Source: Phormidium sp.
GTDB taxonomy: Bacteria; Cyanobacteriota; Cyanobacteriia; Cyanobacteriales; Aerosakkonemataceae
Assembly: GCA_051013385.1 (NCBI GenBank)
Contig: CP143273.1
Location: forward strand, 1,440,001 to 1,504,000
Reading direction: 5' to 3'
Length of the DNA: 64,000 bases
In this document: piece after piece, positions 39,163 through 48,979 of the stretch
Layout: each line of letters opens with the position of its first letter
Numbering within the stretch: the stretch's first letter is position 1
Translations under genes and position numbers: made by a program
Notes under the pieces: generated by a model
Database searches by the model: none
The model's input: the letters and a program-made list of their open reading frames with translations, nothing else
What the model was told of the DNA's origin: nothing

Positions 39163-40536
39163 ATGAATCTTAAAGAAATGTTAAAAATTGCTGATGAGAT
39201 AATATTTACTAAAACGGGTCAGCACCTTGATGATTTACAAAAGTCAATATTGCGAGGAACTTTACAACGCGAAACATATAAGGAAATAGCTAAGGATTTT
39301 GATTATTCTGAAAGTCGTGTTAGAGAAGTGGGATCAAAGTTATGGCAAATACTTTCAGAAGAATTAGGAGAAGATGTCAGTAAATCTAATTTTCGTTCAG
39401 CAATGGAGAGGGTGCAAGTCTCGATATATTCAAATGTTGCACAAGAAGAATCTGTGCAAATTAACAGCATTAATATGTGCGGAGAAAGTAGACACCCGCC
39501 AGATATACCAAACTCACACCCAAATAATGAGGAAACTGCTAACTCGAAACCAACTAAAAGATTGCATCAAGATTTAAGTGAAATGCCGGAGTTGGGTGTT
39601 TTTTACGATCGCACTCCCCAACTAGAAACCCTAAAAACATTAATCTTAGAACAACGCTGTCGCTTAATAGCACTAACAGGTATCAGTGGTATCGGCAAAA
39701 CTACATTAGCGGCGCAACTCGTACAACAAATAAAAGATGAATTTGAGTATGTTATTTGGTGCAATTTAGAAACTTCTCCCACATTAGCTGAATTTCAAGA
39801 TCAACTAATCCAGTTTTTCTCGCAGTCGGAAAAGCTAGATACATCTGCAACTAACCAAAAACCTTTACCGTTAATTAAGTATTTACAAAAACATCGCTGT
39901 TTAGTAGTTTTGGATGACATTCACAACCTTTTCAGTAGCGGCGAATTAGCAGGAAAGTATAAACCAGAATATGAAGAATATCGCGCTCTATTTAAAAACA
40001 TAGAAACATTATCTCATCAAAGTTGCTTTTTATTAATTGGTTGGGAACAACCCAGAGAAGTTACTCAAGTAAAAAACCAAAATCCTACTATTTGTACTTT
40101 ACAACTTACTGGTTTAGATATTGAACCTGCACGGGAATTACTCAGACATTACGGATTAGGAGAAATTGAGAATTATTCAGCAATTATTCATCGCTACCAA
40201 GGCAACCCATTCTGGTTAAAAAGTGTGGGGAATCTGTTTCAAGAGTTGGGAGAAGGTGTGACTGAGATATTACAAGATGAGACTATTTTATTACCGGAAG
40301 ATTTGCAATATAGTTTACAACAAACTATTAGCCGCTTATCTGATTGGGAAAAAGAAGTTCTTTCTTTGATGGCGAGAGAAGGCGAGGGAATTAAATTGGT
40401 AAAATTACTAGAAAATACCAAAATTCCCCCGTCAGATTTAGTGAATGTAGTGCAATCTTTATGGCGACGCTGTTTGATAGAACAACAAGGAAATTGTTAC
40501 ATTTTGCCCGATGTATTGAGGCAGTATATTCTTTAG
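39163..40536 (+). CDS. HTH plus NB-ARC STAND NTPase, paralog 2
   Basis: Colinear with and highly similar to 31814-33199; start at MNLKEM. Confidence 0.85.
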   Translation: MNLKEMLKIADEIIFTKTGQHLDDLQKSILRGTLQRETYKEIAKDFDYSESRVREVGSKLWQILSEELGEDVSKSNFRSAMERVQVSIYSNVAQEESVQINSINMCGESRHPPDIPNSHPNNEETANSKPTKRLHQDLSEMPELGVFYDRTPQLETLKTLILEQRCRLIALTGISGIGKTTLAAQLVQQIKDEFEYVIWCNLETSPTLAEFQDQLIQFFSQSEKLDTSATNQKPLPLIKYLQKHRCLVVLDDIHNLFSSGELAGKYKPEYEEYRALFKNIETLSHQSCFLLIGWEQPREVTQVKNQNPTICTLQLTGLDIEPARELLRHYGLGEIENYSAIIHRYQGNPFWLKSVGNLFQELGEGVTEILQDETILLPEDLQYSLQQTISRLSDWEKEVLSLMAREGEGIKLVKLLENTKIPPSDLVNVVQSLWRRCLIEQQGNCYILPDVLRQYIL

Positions 40537-40537
40537 G

Positions 40538-40620
40538 CATCTCCAGAAATTAAAGGTGCGTCGCCTATAAATCTTGTAGAGACGTTTCATGAAACGTCTC
40601 TACAATGTTTTTTGGAGATG
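40538..40620. mobile_element. MITE-like element CATCTCC...GGAGATG, copy 1
   Basis: Terminal inverted repeats; internal GTAGAGACGTT..AACGTCTCTAC palindrome; inverted copy at 42901-42983. Confidence 0.6.
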
Positions 40621-40626
40621 TCTTTT

Positions 40627-40659
40627 AGATCCCCGACTTCTTGAAGAAGTCGGGGATCT
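40627..40659. repeat. Dispersed palindrome, copy 3
   Basis: AGATCCCCGACTTCTTGAAGAAGTCGGGGATCT. Confidence 0.85.
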
Positions 40660-40729
40660 GGATGGGGATTACTTTAATTATGGTGAATGGTGCGTTACAC
40701 TGCGTTAACGCACCCTACGGATTGTTTAT

Positions 40730-41455
40730 TTAGCGGGTAGAAGCTGAGGGTAGTTGATTAATTACTTTGTCAACTATTCCATATACTTTAGCTTCCTGCG
40801 CTGACATGAAAAAATCTCGATCGGTATCAACCTCGATTTTGTTTAGTGGTTGACCTGTTAGTTGAGCTAGTAAGCTGTTAAGTAAACTTCTTATATACAA
40901 GATTTCTTTAGCTGCGATCGCAACTTCACTTGCTTGTGCTCCAATACCATATCTTGAAGGTTGATGAATCATAATTCGTGAGTTAGGCATCGCAAAGCGC
41001 TTTCCTTTAGTACCGCTAGCTAACAAAAAGCTTGCCATTGAGCTACATTCTCCCAAACTAACCGTCACCACGTCAGATTTCAGCGATTTTATAGTGTCGT
41101 ATATCGCCAACCCTGGTTGTATGTCTCCACCCTCAGAGTTAATGTACAAATAAATATCTTTCCCAGGTGCTTTGGCATCTAGAAAAATTAATTGAGATGT
41201 AATTCTTTCTGCTAATTCAGCCGTTATTTCTCCAGTTAGAAGGACGATTCTTTTGCTGAGTAACCATTGAGAAATTTCTGGATCTATTTGTTTGTTCTTG
41301 AAAGATAGATCGATCGCATCCAGAAGTTGAGGTAAACTAAGCTTTGAACTAATTTCCTTAGAAGTTTGTCCCATCACTACATTCCGACTAAGAGTGGTAG
41401 TGAGAAGAGTTAAAGAAATAGAAGATACAATTGGCAAAAAAATTTTGAGACTCAT
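40730..41455 (-). CDS. clpP: ClpP-family protease with a signal-peptide-like N-terminal extension
   Basis: LYINSEGG, CSSMA (Ser), MIHQP (His), DRDFFMSA (Asp). Confidence 0.85.
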   Translation of the reverse strand: MSLKIFLPIVSSISLTLLTTTLSRNVVMGQTSKEISSKLSLPQLLDAIDLSFKNKQIDPEISQWLLSKRIVLLTGEITAELAERITSQLIFLDAKAPGKDIYLYINSEGGDIQPGLAIYDTIKSLKSDVVTVSLGECSSMASFLLASGTKGKRFAMPNSRIMIHQPSRYGIGAQASEVAIAAKEILYIRSLLNSLLAQLTGQPLNKIEVDTDRDFFMSAQEAKVYGIVDKVINQLPSASTR

Positions 41456-41597
41456 GTAGTTTATTTCTTACAAGCAACCTTATCATTATCCAGTGCTTCA
41501 ATCTATAATCAGGACTTTATTTAGCCTTTTGCACTACAAAAAGACTATGTACAAATACGTAATACCCCCGTTGCCCGTTCCCTGTTCCCTCTCTATG

Positions 41598-41699
41598 CTC
41601 AGATCTTGCACTCCTGGAGGTGGAACCTCCCACATCTGGTTCCCAGGTTCAACCTGGGAACGAAAAATAGAGGCTCTGCCTCCTGATGCAAGATCTCAG
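41598..41699. mobile_element. MITE-like element, copy 2 (inverted relative to 24277)
   Basis: CTCAGATCTTGCA...TGCAAGATCTCAG; shared internal GTTCCCAGGTT.AACCTGGGAAC. Confidence 0.65.
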
Positions 41700-41753
41700 T
41701 ATGTAGATAACAAATCAGCGACAATATAAATACAGTGAATTTTTCAATGGCAA

Positions 41754-42320
41754 ATGAGTAAAGAAGACTGGCTAGAAATTGGTACGATCGTATCAGCCCA
41801 AGGTTTAAAAGGTGAAGTGCGGGTTTATCCAGAATCGGATTTTCCTGAACGTTTTGAAAAACCGGGGGAACGTTGGTTATTACACCCCAAGGAAACAGAA
41901 CCGCGATCGATCGAATTGCTCAGTGGTAGATACATTCCCCATAAAAATTTGTATATTGTGAAATTGGCGGGAGTGAGCGATCGCAACCAAGCAGAAGAAT
42001 TACAGGGATGTAAGTTAATGGTTCGGGCGAGCGATCGACCAACATTAGAAGCAGATGAATATCATGTTTTAGATTTAGTTGGTTTAGAAGTTTTCAATCA
42101 ATTAAATGGGGAAAAAGTTGGAGTTGTCTTAGATTTAATTCCCGCTGGTAATGACCTATTATTAGTCAGTCCTAATGATTCATCTGGAGTTGGTGAAAAA
42201 GGCGAAAAACAAAAGGAAATTTTAATTCCATTTGTCAAAGAGATTGTACCCATTGTAGATTTAGCAAATAAGCGAATTGAAATTAATCCCCCTCCCGGTT
42301 TGTTAGAAGTTAACAGATAG
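41754..42320 (+). CDS. rimM: Ribosome maturation factor RimM
   Basis: IGTIVSAQGLKGEVRV, EYHVLDLVGL, ILIPFV. Confidence 0.95.
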   Translation: MSKEDWLEIGTIVSAQGLKGEVRVYPESDFPERFEKPGERWLLHPKETEPRSIELLSGRYIPHKNLYIVKLAGVSDRNQAEELQGCKLMVRASDRPTLEADEYHVLDLVGLEVFNQLNGEKVGVVLDLIPAGNDLLLVSPNDSSGVGEKGEKQKEILIPFVKEIVPIVDLANKRIEINPPPGLLEVNR

Positions 42321-42340
42321 AATTAACCTTGGTGAATTTT

Positions 42341-42392
42341 GTGGGATGGGCATCTGTGGGATGGGCATCTGTGGGATGGGCATCTTGCCCGT
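42341..42392. repeat. Triple 15-bp repeat GTGGGATGGGCATCT
   Basis: Three tandem units ending in TGCCCGTC. Confidence 0.8.
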
Positions 42393-42463
42393 CAACAACC
42401 ACTCTTCCCCTTCAAAAAATACATTAACATTAACATAGAAAAACTTTCGGAAAAGTTCTGCTT

Positions 42464-42835
42464 ATGACAGGTGCTAGAAATGTTTTAGGGGGAGATTTGC
42501 AAACTTGTTGCACTTCACCAATGACGGGATTTTATCGTGATGGTAAATGTAACACGGGTGCAGGTGATATGGGTGCTCATATTGTTTGCGCTCAAGTAAC
42601 TGAAGAATTTCTTTCTTTTAGTAAAGCGAGAGGAAATGATTTATCTACACCAGTTCCAGCGTTTAATTTTCCTGGGTTAAAACCTGGCGATCGCTGGTGT
42701 CTTTGTGCCCTAAGATGGAAAGAAGCTCTAGATGCTGATGTTGCACCACCTGTAATTTTATCTTCTACCCATGCTTCAGCTGTGGAATATGTTTCCCTCA
42801 ATGAACTGAAAGCAAACGCTCTCGATCCTGTTTAA
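42464..42835 (+). CDS. DUF2237 family protein
   Basis: NVLGG, TGFYRDG, GNDLSTP, GDRWCLCA. Confidence 0.9.
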   Translation: MTGARNVLGGDLQTCCTSPMTGFYRDGKCNTGAGDMGAHIVCAQVTEEFLSFSKARGNDLSTPVPAFNFPGLKPGDRWCLCALRWKEALDADVAPPVILSSTHASAVEYVSLNELKANALDPV

Positions 42836-42900
42836 AAATTGTCGGGTGGGCATTTTGCCCGCCAAATAAATATTATCAAAACTCATAAACAAACAATACA

Positions 42901-42983
42901 CATCTCCAAAAAACCTTGTAGAGACGTTATATATAACGTCTCTACAAGGTTTCTAGGTAATGCACCTTTAATTTTAGGAGATG
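42901..42983. mobile_element. MITE-like element CATCTCC...GGAGATG, copy 2
   Basis: Inverted relative of 40538-40620. Confidence 0.6.
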
Positions 42984-43100
42984 TCTAATTAAACTAGAAT
43001 TAAATTTAGCTTAACTAAAGATCTAACAAAAGATACTGGCAGCAAAAGATTATCAAGAGTATCATCATTTACCAATTAGAAAAACTTAGGAAGTGGGTAA

Positions 43101-43802
43101 ATGGCTAAATTGATTTTACTCCGTCATGGTCAAAGTCTTTGGAATGCTGCGAACAAATTTACAGGTTGGGTAGATGTTCCTTTGAGTGAACAAGGGCGTG
43201 CCGAAGCGACAATTGCTTCTTGTAAACTTAAGAATAACAAATATCATGTTGATGTTTGTTTTACAAGTATGCTATTTCGAGCAATGGAAACCGCCGTTAT
43301 TTGTTTAACAGAATGTGATGAAATTTGTGGCGGTAAAACCCCAATTATTAAACATGATGCAAGTGACGAAGATTGGCATGGTTGGGATAAGTATGATGGC
43401 AGTCCAGAAGAAGAATTACCCATCTATCCTTGTTCATGTTTAGATGAACGTTATTATGGGGCATTGCAAGGGTTAAATAAAGCCCAAACTGTGGAAAAAT
43501 ATGGCAAAGAACAAGTTCATGAATGGCGACGTTCTTTCTCTGTACCTCCTCCGGGTGGCGAAAGTTTAGAAGATACAATGAAGCGAGCTTTACCATTTTT
43601 TCAAGACCGAATTCTTACTCATCTTAAGCATGGAGATAATGTGTTAATTGCGGCTCATGGTAACTCTTTACGGGCGATTATGATGGGTTTAGATAACTTA
43701 AGTCCAGAGGAAGTTACCAAACTAGAGTTAGCAACTGGTGTACCAACTGTTTACGATGTAGACGAGTCAGGAAAAGCGAGTAATAAGATAATTTTGGCGT
43801 AA
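43101..43802 (+). CDS. gpmA: 2,3-bisphosphoglycerate-dependent phosphoglycerate mutase
   Basis: LRHGQSLWN, FTGWVD, ERYYGALQG, AAHGNSLR. Confidence 0.92.
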   Translation: MAKLILLRHGQSLWNAANKFTGWVDVPLSEQGRAEATIASCKLKNNKYHVDVCFTSMLFRAMETAVICLTECDEICGGKTPIIKHDASDEDWHGWDKYDGSPEEELPIYPCSCLDERYYGALQGLNKAQTVEKYGKEQVHEWRRSFSVPPPGGESLEDTMKRALPFFQDRILTHLKHGDNVLIAAHGNSLRAIMMGLDNLSPEEVTKLELATGVPTVYDVDESGKASNKIILA

Positions 43803-43806
43803 GTTC

Positions 43807-43861
43807 GTTGTGAGGACTTTAGTCCTTCTATGTAGCAAAAAAGGACTAAAGTCCTCACAAC
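43807..43861. repeat. REP-like inverted repeat
   Basis: GTTGTGAGGACTTTAGTCCTT...AAGGACTAAAGTCCTCACAAC; relative at about 62149-62202. Confidence 0.75.
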
Positions 43862-44071
43862 AAACAAATTTAAAGATTTGAGCCTGTTTAGTTACTTTTT
43901 AGTAACAGCGAAAAAATCAAGGGTTTAGCTGTTAAGTGAATTTTTTGACTTCTTATATAAAACTTTGTAAAAACTTATCGAACTATAGTAATTTTACGGA
44001 GTGATTCGGGAATAATAAGAAGGAGAATAAAGTAATTGATAAATTTGCCTGGTTAAGCGAGGCTGGGGATA

Positions 44072-47000
44072 ATGAATTCTCAAATAGTGACTGCAAATGG
44101 GTTAGGTTGGGCAAATATAGACCGATTTTTTGAACTATCGGTTGATTTACTTTGTATAGCTAGTTTTGATGGTTATTTTCAGCTTTTAAACCCAGCTTGG
44201 GAGAGAACGCTAGGTTTTACACAAGCTGAACTGATGGCAAAACCCTTTATTGAATTTGTACATCCAGAAGATCAAGCTGCGACTATTGCAGAAACCCAAA
44301 AATTAACCACAGGTGCAAAAGCTATTTCTTTTGAGAATCGTTATCTTTGTAAAGATGGTTCTTACAAGTGGTTGTCTTGGAATACCAACCCTTGTTCAGA
44401 GGAAGGGTTGTTGTATGCTGTTGCTCATGATGTTACCAAACGTAAGGAGACAGAAAACTCTCTCAACCGCTTGGCGCAAATTTTAGAAACTACAACTGAT
44501 TTTGTGGGTACTTACGACATTCGCCAAGGAAAGGGAGTTTACTTGAACCAAGCGGCGCGTCGGATGTTGGGCGTAGATATAGATGAAGAGCTCCCTACAG
44601 CAGATTTCTCTGAGGTACACCCAGAATGGGTAAATAAAATTCTTAGGGAAGAAGCTTTTCCCACTGTGTTAGGTGAGGGTATTTGGAGTGGGGAAATAGC
44701 TTTTTTAAATAAAAATGGTCAAGAAATTCCGGTTTCTCAAGTAATTTTAGCTCATAAAGATGCTAATGGCCTGCCGGAATTAATTTCTACTATTGCGCGT
44801 GATATTAGCGAACAGCAAGCGGCGCTGCGCGATCGCAAACAAGTAGAACAAACTTTATTAGCAACTCAGGAAAAATTACAACATTTAATTTCTTATAGTC
44901 CAGTGGTTATTTATAGTTGCCAAGCGTCAGGTAATTTTGGTGCTAGCTTCATCAGCGAAAATGTTACGGGGATGATGGGTTACGAACCAAGGCAATTTAT
45001 CGAAGATTCCTCATTTTGGGTTAATCATATTTTTCCCGAAGATCGATCGCGCGTTTTTGATGGATTATCTCATTTATTGGAAAATTGCTGTCACTCTCAT
45101 GAATATCGCTTCCTCTATAATGATGGCAAATATCATTGGGTACATGATGAATTAAAGTTAGTTAAAGATGCTGATGGGAAGGTGCTGGAAATTATCGGTT
45201 GTTGGCGCGATGTGAGCGAACAGCAAGCTGCGCTACGCGAACGCAAACAAATGGAAGCCGCACTTAAACAAGCTAACGAAACTTTAGAAATTCGCGTTCA
45301 AGAACGGACTGCTCAATTAAATAGCTTAGTTTTGCAATTAGAAAATGAAATAAAACAACGCCAACAAGCAGAGTCAACTTTATATAATAGTGAATCTCGA
45401 CTCAATAGTATTTTGAATTCCCTGCATGATGTAGTGTGGTCAGTTTCTCCCCAAACTTTACAAGCCTTGTATATTAATCCGGCTGCTGAAAAAGTATATA
45501 AACGTTCATGTAAAGAATTCTTTGAAAATCATAATTTATGGTTAGAAGTAGTTCATCCCGAAGATAGAGAGATTGCTATTAACAGTAACCTCCGAGTTTT
45601 AAGTGAAGGAAAAAGCGAAGTTGAGTACCGCATTATTCAACCTGATGGCAAAGTGCGTTGGATACACTCTCGCGCTTGGTTGATTTATGATGAAACAGGT
45701 GCAACTATTCGCATAGATGGTTTATCCGCAGATATTACCGATCGCAAACAAGCCGAAGCAGCTTTAGAAGTAAGTGAGTCGCGCCTCAACAGTATTTTTA
45801 CTTCTTTAAAAGATGCAGTGTGGTCAGTTTCAGCGACTACATTTCAGATTTTATACCTCAATCCAGCCACAGAAAAACTTTATGGTAGATCCTGCCAAGA
45901 ATTTTATGAAAACTCGAAATTGTGGGTAGAAACTGTTCATCCAGAAGACCGCGAATTTGCTTTTAGACATCATCAAACACTGTTAGAAACTGGAAATAAA
46001 GAAATTGAATATCGGATTATTCGACCTAATGGCGAAGTGCGTTGGATTCTCGATCGCGCCTGGTTAATCTATGATGAAAACGGTAAATTGCTGCGGATTG
46101 ATGGCGTAGCTTCTGATATCACGGAACGTAAGGAAGCCGAAGAAAAATTGCGTCAAGCTACCGCCGAATTAAAAGCAATTTTTGAAGCTTTACCTGATAT
46201 GTATTTCCGCCTAAATGTAGAGGGAAGTATATTAGATTTTATCACTGGAAAATCACAAACATTGTATTTGCCACCATCTGAATTTATCGGCAAAACAATG
46301 GGAGAAATCTTTCCTCCAGATTTAGCAAATAAATTCTACAATGCTATAGATAAAGTATCGCAAACTAAATCTTTTTCTAGTTGCGAATATTCCTTACAAA
46401 TGCCCGAAGGCGAACGTTTTTATGAAGCCAGGTATTTACCTTTATTGGAAAATCAAATAATTGCCGTAGTCCGAGATATTACTCAGCGAAAAGAAGCTGA
46501 ACAAGCACAAGCTAGATTAATTGCCATTTTAGAAGCAACACCTGATTTTGTTGGTATTGGCACTGCTGAAGGACGAAATATTTACATAAATAAAGCAGGT
46601 CGGCAAATGGTGGGAGTAGGGGAAAATGAAGATATTAGTACTACTTGCTTCCAAGATTATCACCCAGAATCAGTAATGGAATTGCTCGTTAATGAAGGAT
46701 TACCAATTGCCATTAAAAAAGGTTCATGGAGTGGCGAAACTGCATTATTGCATCAAAATGGTAGCTTAATTCCTACTTCTCAAGTAGTGATGAGTCATAA
46801 ATCGGAAAATGGGCAAGTTGAATATTTTTCCACAATTATGCGGGATATTAGCGAACGCAAAAAATCCGAAGGACTGTTAGCCAAACAAGAGCGAACTTTA
46901 AGAGCAATTTTGGATAACACACCGATTTGGATTTGGATGACCGATCCCAACGGAAAAATGCAATTTATTAACAGAACTTTCTGCGAAAATGTGGGTGTTC

Positions 47001-48697
47001 CAGAGTCGATATTTTTGGCAGCTAGCCACTATTCCGAAATTCTAGGAGAACAAGAATCTGCCAATTGTATGGCTTCAGATGCAGCTACTTGGGCGCAAGA
47101 AACACCATATCAAACAGAGGAAATTTTACCCTTTGTTGATGGGAAATTGCATTATTTAGAAGTTACTAAAGCTATAATTAAAGATGCCAATGGTAAAGGA
47201 ATTGGTTTAATTGGTTTAGGGGTTGATGCTACAGAAAGAAAACTCCAAGCAGAAGAACTTTTGCGATCGGAAGCTAGATACAGACAACTAGCACAAAGGG
47301 AAGCATTACTGAATCGTTTAGCTAGCGACATCCGTAAATCATTGGATGTTAATACAATTTTGAAAACAATTGTCTGCGAAATTCAAAGCTTATTACAAGT
47401 TGAACAATGTAACTTTGCTTGGTATTGTCAACAGACAAATCCACCAGCTTGCAATGTGGTAGCAGAAGCACAAATATCAAGTATACCTAGTCAAATTGGT
47501 AAGCGTCCAATTAAAGCTAATTCCCTAATCAATCAATTGTTAAATCGGCAAATGATTTGTGTTTCGGATATGGGAAATGCCGCTAATTTAGAATGCCGAG
47601 AATTATACCGGGAATGGGGTTTTGCTGCTTTATTAGCCTTGCCAATTAAAATGCCTTCTGGAGAAATGGGATTACTTAGTTGTGCTCAATATAATGAGGC
47701 AAGATATTGGAGCGAAGATGAAGTAGAATTGTTGCAAGCTGTGAGCGATCAATTAGCGATCGCTCTTTCCCAAGCAGAACTCTACACCCAAGCGCAAAAT
47801 TCCGCCAAAGAAGCCCAACAAAAAGCCCAAGAATTAGAGTTAACTTTGCATCAATTACAACAAACTCAAGCCCAACTAATTCAAACCGAAAAAATGTCCT
47901 CTTTAGGGCAATTAGTAGCAGGTGTCGCTCACGAAATTAATAACCCCGTTAACTTTATTTACGGTAACTTGACACACGCTGAACAATACGCTTCTGAATT
48001 GCTCAACTTAATTGAACTTTACCAAAAACACTATGCCCAACCTCCCGCAGAAATTGCCCAAGAGATTGAAGAAATCGATTTAGATTTCCTCACCAGCGAC
48101 TTACCTAAATTATTAGGCTCAATGAAAATGGGAGCCGAACGTATCCGGCAAATTGTCCTAAGTTTACGCAATTTCTCCCGGTTAGATGAAGCAGAAATGA
48201 AAGATGTAGACATTCATGAAGGAATTGATAATACATTATTAATTCTGCAAAATCGGATTAAAGCAAAAAGCGATCGTCCAGCAATAGAAATTGTTAAACA
48301 ATATGGCAAACTACCTTTAGTACAATGTTACGCCGGACAATTAAATCAAGTATTTATGAACATCATCAACAATTCTGTTGATGCCTTGGAAATGAAACAT
48401 TGGGAAAAAGCTCAACCACCCTTACCAACAATCATTATTGAAACCAAACTTTCTGCTAGTAAAACTCATGCTATTATCTCCATTACTGATAATGGCCCAG
48501 GAATGTCAGAACAAGTAAAAACTCACTTATTTGACCCATTCTTTACTACCAAAGCCGTTGGCAAAGGCACAGGTTTAGGATTATCTATTAGTTACCAAAT
48601 CGTAGTAGAAAAACATCAAGGAACCCTCAAATGCGAATCTCAAATTAACCAAGGCTCAACCTTTATCATTGAAATCCCCATTCATCAAACCAATTAA
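44072..48697 (+). CDS. Multi-PAS/PAC plus GAF sensor histidine kinase
   Basis: Repeated HPED..DIT(E/D)RK modules; GAF ending LQAVSDQLAIAL; H-box GVAHEINNP; LNQVFMN, DNGPG, GTGLGL. Confidence 0.92.
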   Translation: MNSQIVTANGLGWANIDRFFELSVDLLCIASFDGYFQLLNPAWERTLGFTQAELMAKPFIEFVHPEDQAATIAETQKLTTGAKAISFENRYLCKDGSYKWLSWNTNPCSEEGLLYAVAHDVTKRKETENSLNRLAQILETTTDFVGTYDIRQGKGVYLNQAARRMLGVDIDEELPTADFSEVHPEWVNKILREEAFPTVLGEGIWSGEIAFLNKNGQEIPVSQVILAHKDANGLPELISTIARDISEQQAALRDRKQVEQTLLATQEKLQHLISYSPVVIYSCQASGNFGASFISENVTGMMGYEPRQFIEDSSFWVNHIFPEDRSRVFDGLSHLLENCCHSHEYRFLYNDGKYHWVHDELKLVKDADGKVLEIIGCWRDVSEQQAALRERKQMEAALKQANETLEIRVQERTAQLNSLVLQLENEIKQRQQAESTLYNSESRLNSILNSLHDVVWSVSPQTLQALYINPAAEKVYKRSCKEFFENHNLWLEVVHPEDREIAINSNLRVLSEGKSEVEYRIIQPDGKVRWIHSRAWLIYDETGATIRIDGLSADITDRKQAEAALEVSESRLNSIFTSLKDAVWSVSATTFQILYLNPATEKLYGRSCQEFYENSKLWVETVHPEDREFAFRHHQTLLETGNKEIEYRIIRPNGEVRWILDRAWLIYDENGKLLRIDGVASDITERKEAEEKLRQATAELKAIFEALPDMYFRLNVEGSILDFITGKSQTLYLPPSEFIGKTMGEIFPPDLANKFYNAIDKVSQTKSFSSCEYSLQMPEGERFYEARYLPLLENQIIAVVRDITQRKEAEQAQARLIAILEATPDFVGIGTAEGRNIYINKAGRQMVGVGENEDISTTCFQDYHPESVMELLVNEGLPIAIKKGSWSGETALLHQNGSLIPTSQVVMSHKSENGQVEYFSTIMRDISERKKSEGLLAKQERTLRAILDNTPIWIWMTDPNGKMQFINRTFCENVGVPESIFLAASHYSEILGEQESANCMASDAATWAQETPYQTEEILPFVDGKLHYLEVTKAIIKDANGKGIGLIGLGVDATERKLQAEELLRSEARYRQLAQREALLNRLASDIRKSLDVNTILKTIVCEIQSLLQVEQCNFAWYCQQTNPPACNVVAEAQISSIPSQIGKRPIKANSLINQLLNRQMICVSDMGNAANLECRELYREWGFAALLALPIKMPSGEMGLLSCAQYNEARYWSEDEVELLQAVSDQLAIALSQAELYTQAQNSAKEAQQKAQELELTLHQLQQTQAQLIQTEKMSSLGQLVAGVAHEINNPVNFIYGNLTHAEQYASELLNLIELYQKHYAQPPAEIAQEIEEIDLDFLTSDLPKLLGSMKMGAERIRQIVLSLRNFSRLDEAEMKDVDIHEGIDNTLLILQNRIKAKSDRPAIEIVKQYGKLPLVQCYAGQLNQVFMNIINNSVDALEMKHWEKAQPPLPTIIIETKLSASKTHAIISITDNGPGMSEQVKTHLFDPFFTTKAVGKGTGLGLSISYQIVVEKHQGTLKCESQINQGSTFIIEIPIHQTN

Positions 48698-48833
48698 GTC
48701 TTTTGTAACGACTTGAGTCGTTTCCTGAACTTATAAAAGCACGCTCAGTGCTTACAACGAACCAGGTCTGTTGTAACGACTTGAGTCGTTTCCTGAACTC
48801 ATAAAAGCACGCTCAGTGCTTACAACGAACCAG
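48698..48833. repeat. Tandem duplication of a 68-bp REP-like unit
   Basis: TTGTAACGACTTGAGTCGTTTCCTGAACT.ATAAAAGCACGCTCAGTGCTTACAACGAACCAG twice. Confidence 0.9.
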
Positions 48834-48979
48834 TTTATAACTCACGATAGAGTATTCTTCCTCACAATTACTTCTTTAGACACAGGATGTAAATTTTTGC
48901 TTCCTCTAAGCTAAAAATAACAGTGATTAAAGATTGTTCAACCGCAGTTTTTAGCTATTTACGAGAGAGGAATAAACTC

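Noticed and set aside
48698..48833. Tandem 68-bp unit as a mini-CRISPR
   Set aside because: The whole unit is duplicated, so there is no unique spacer.
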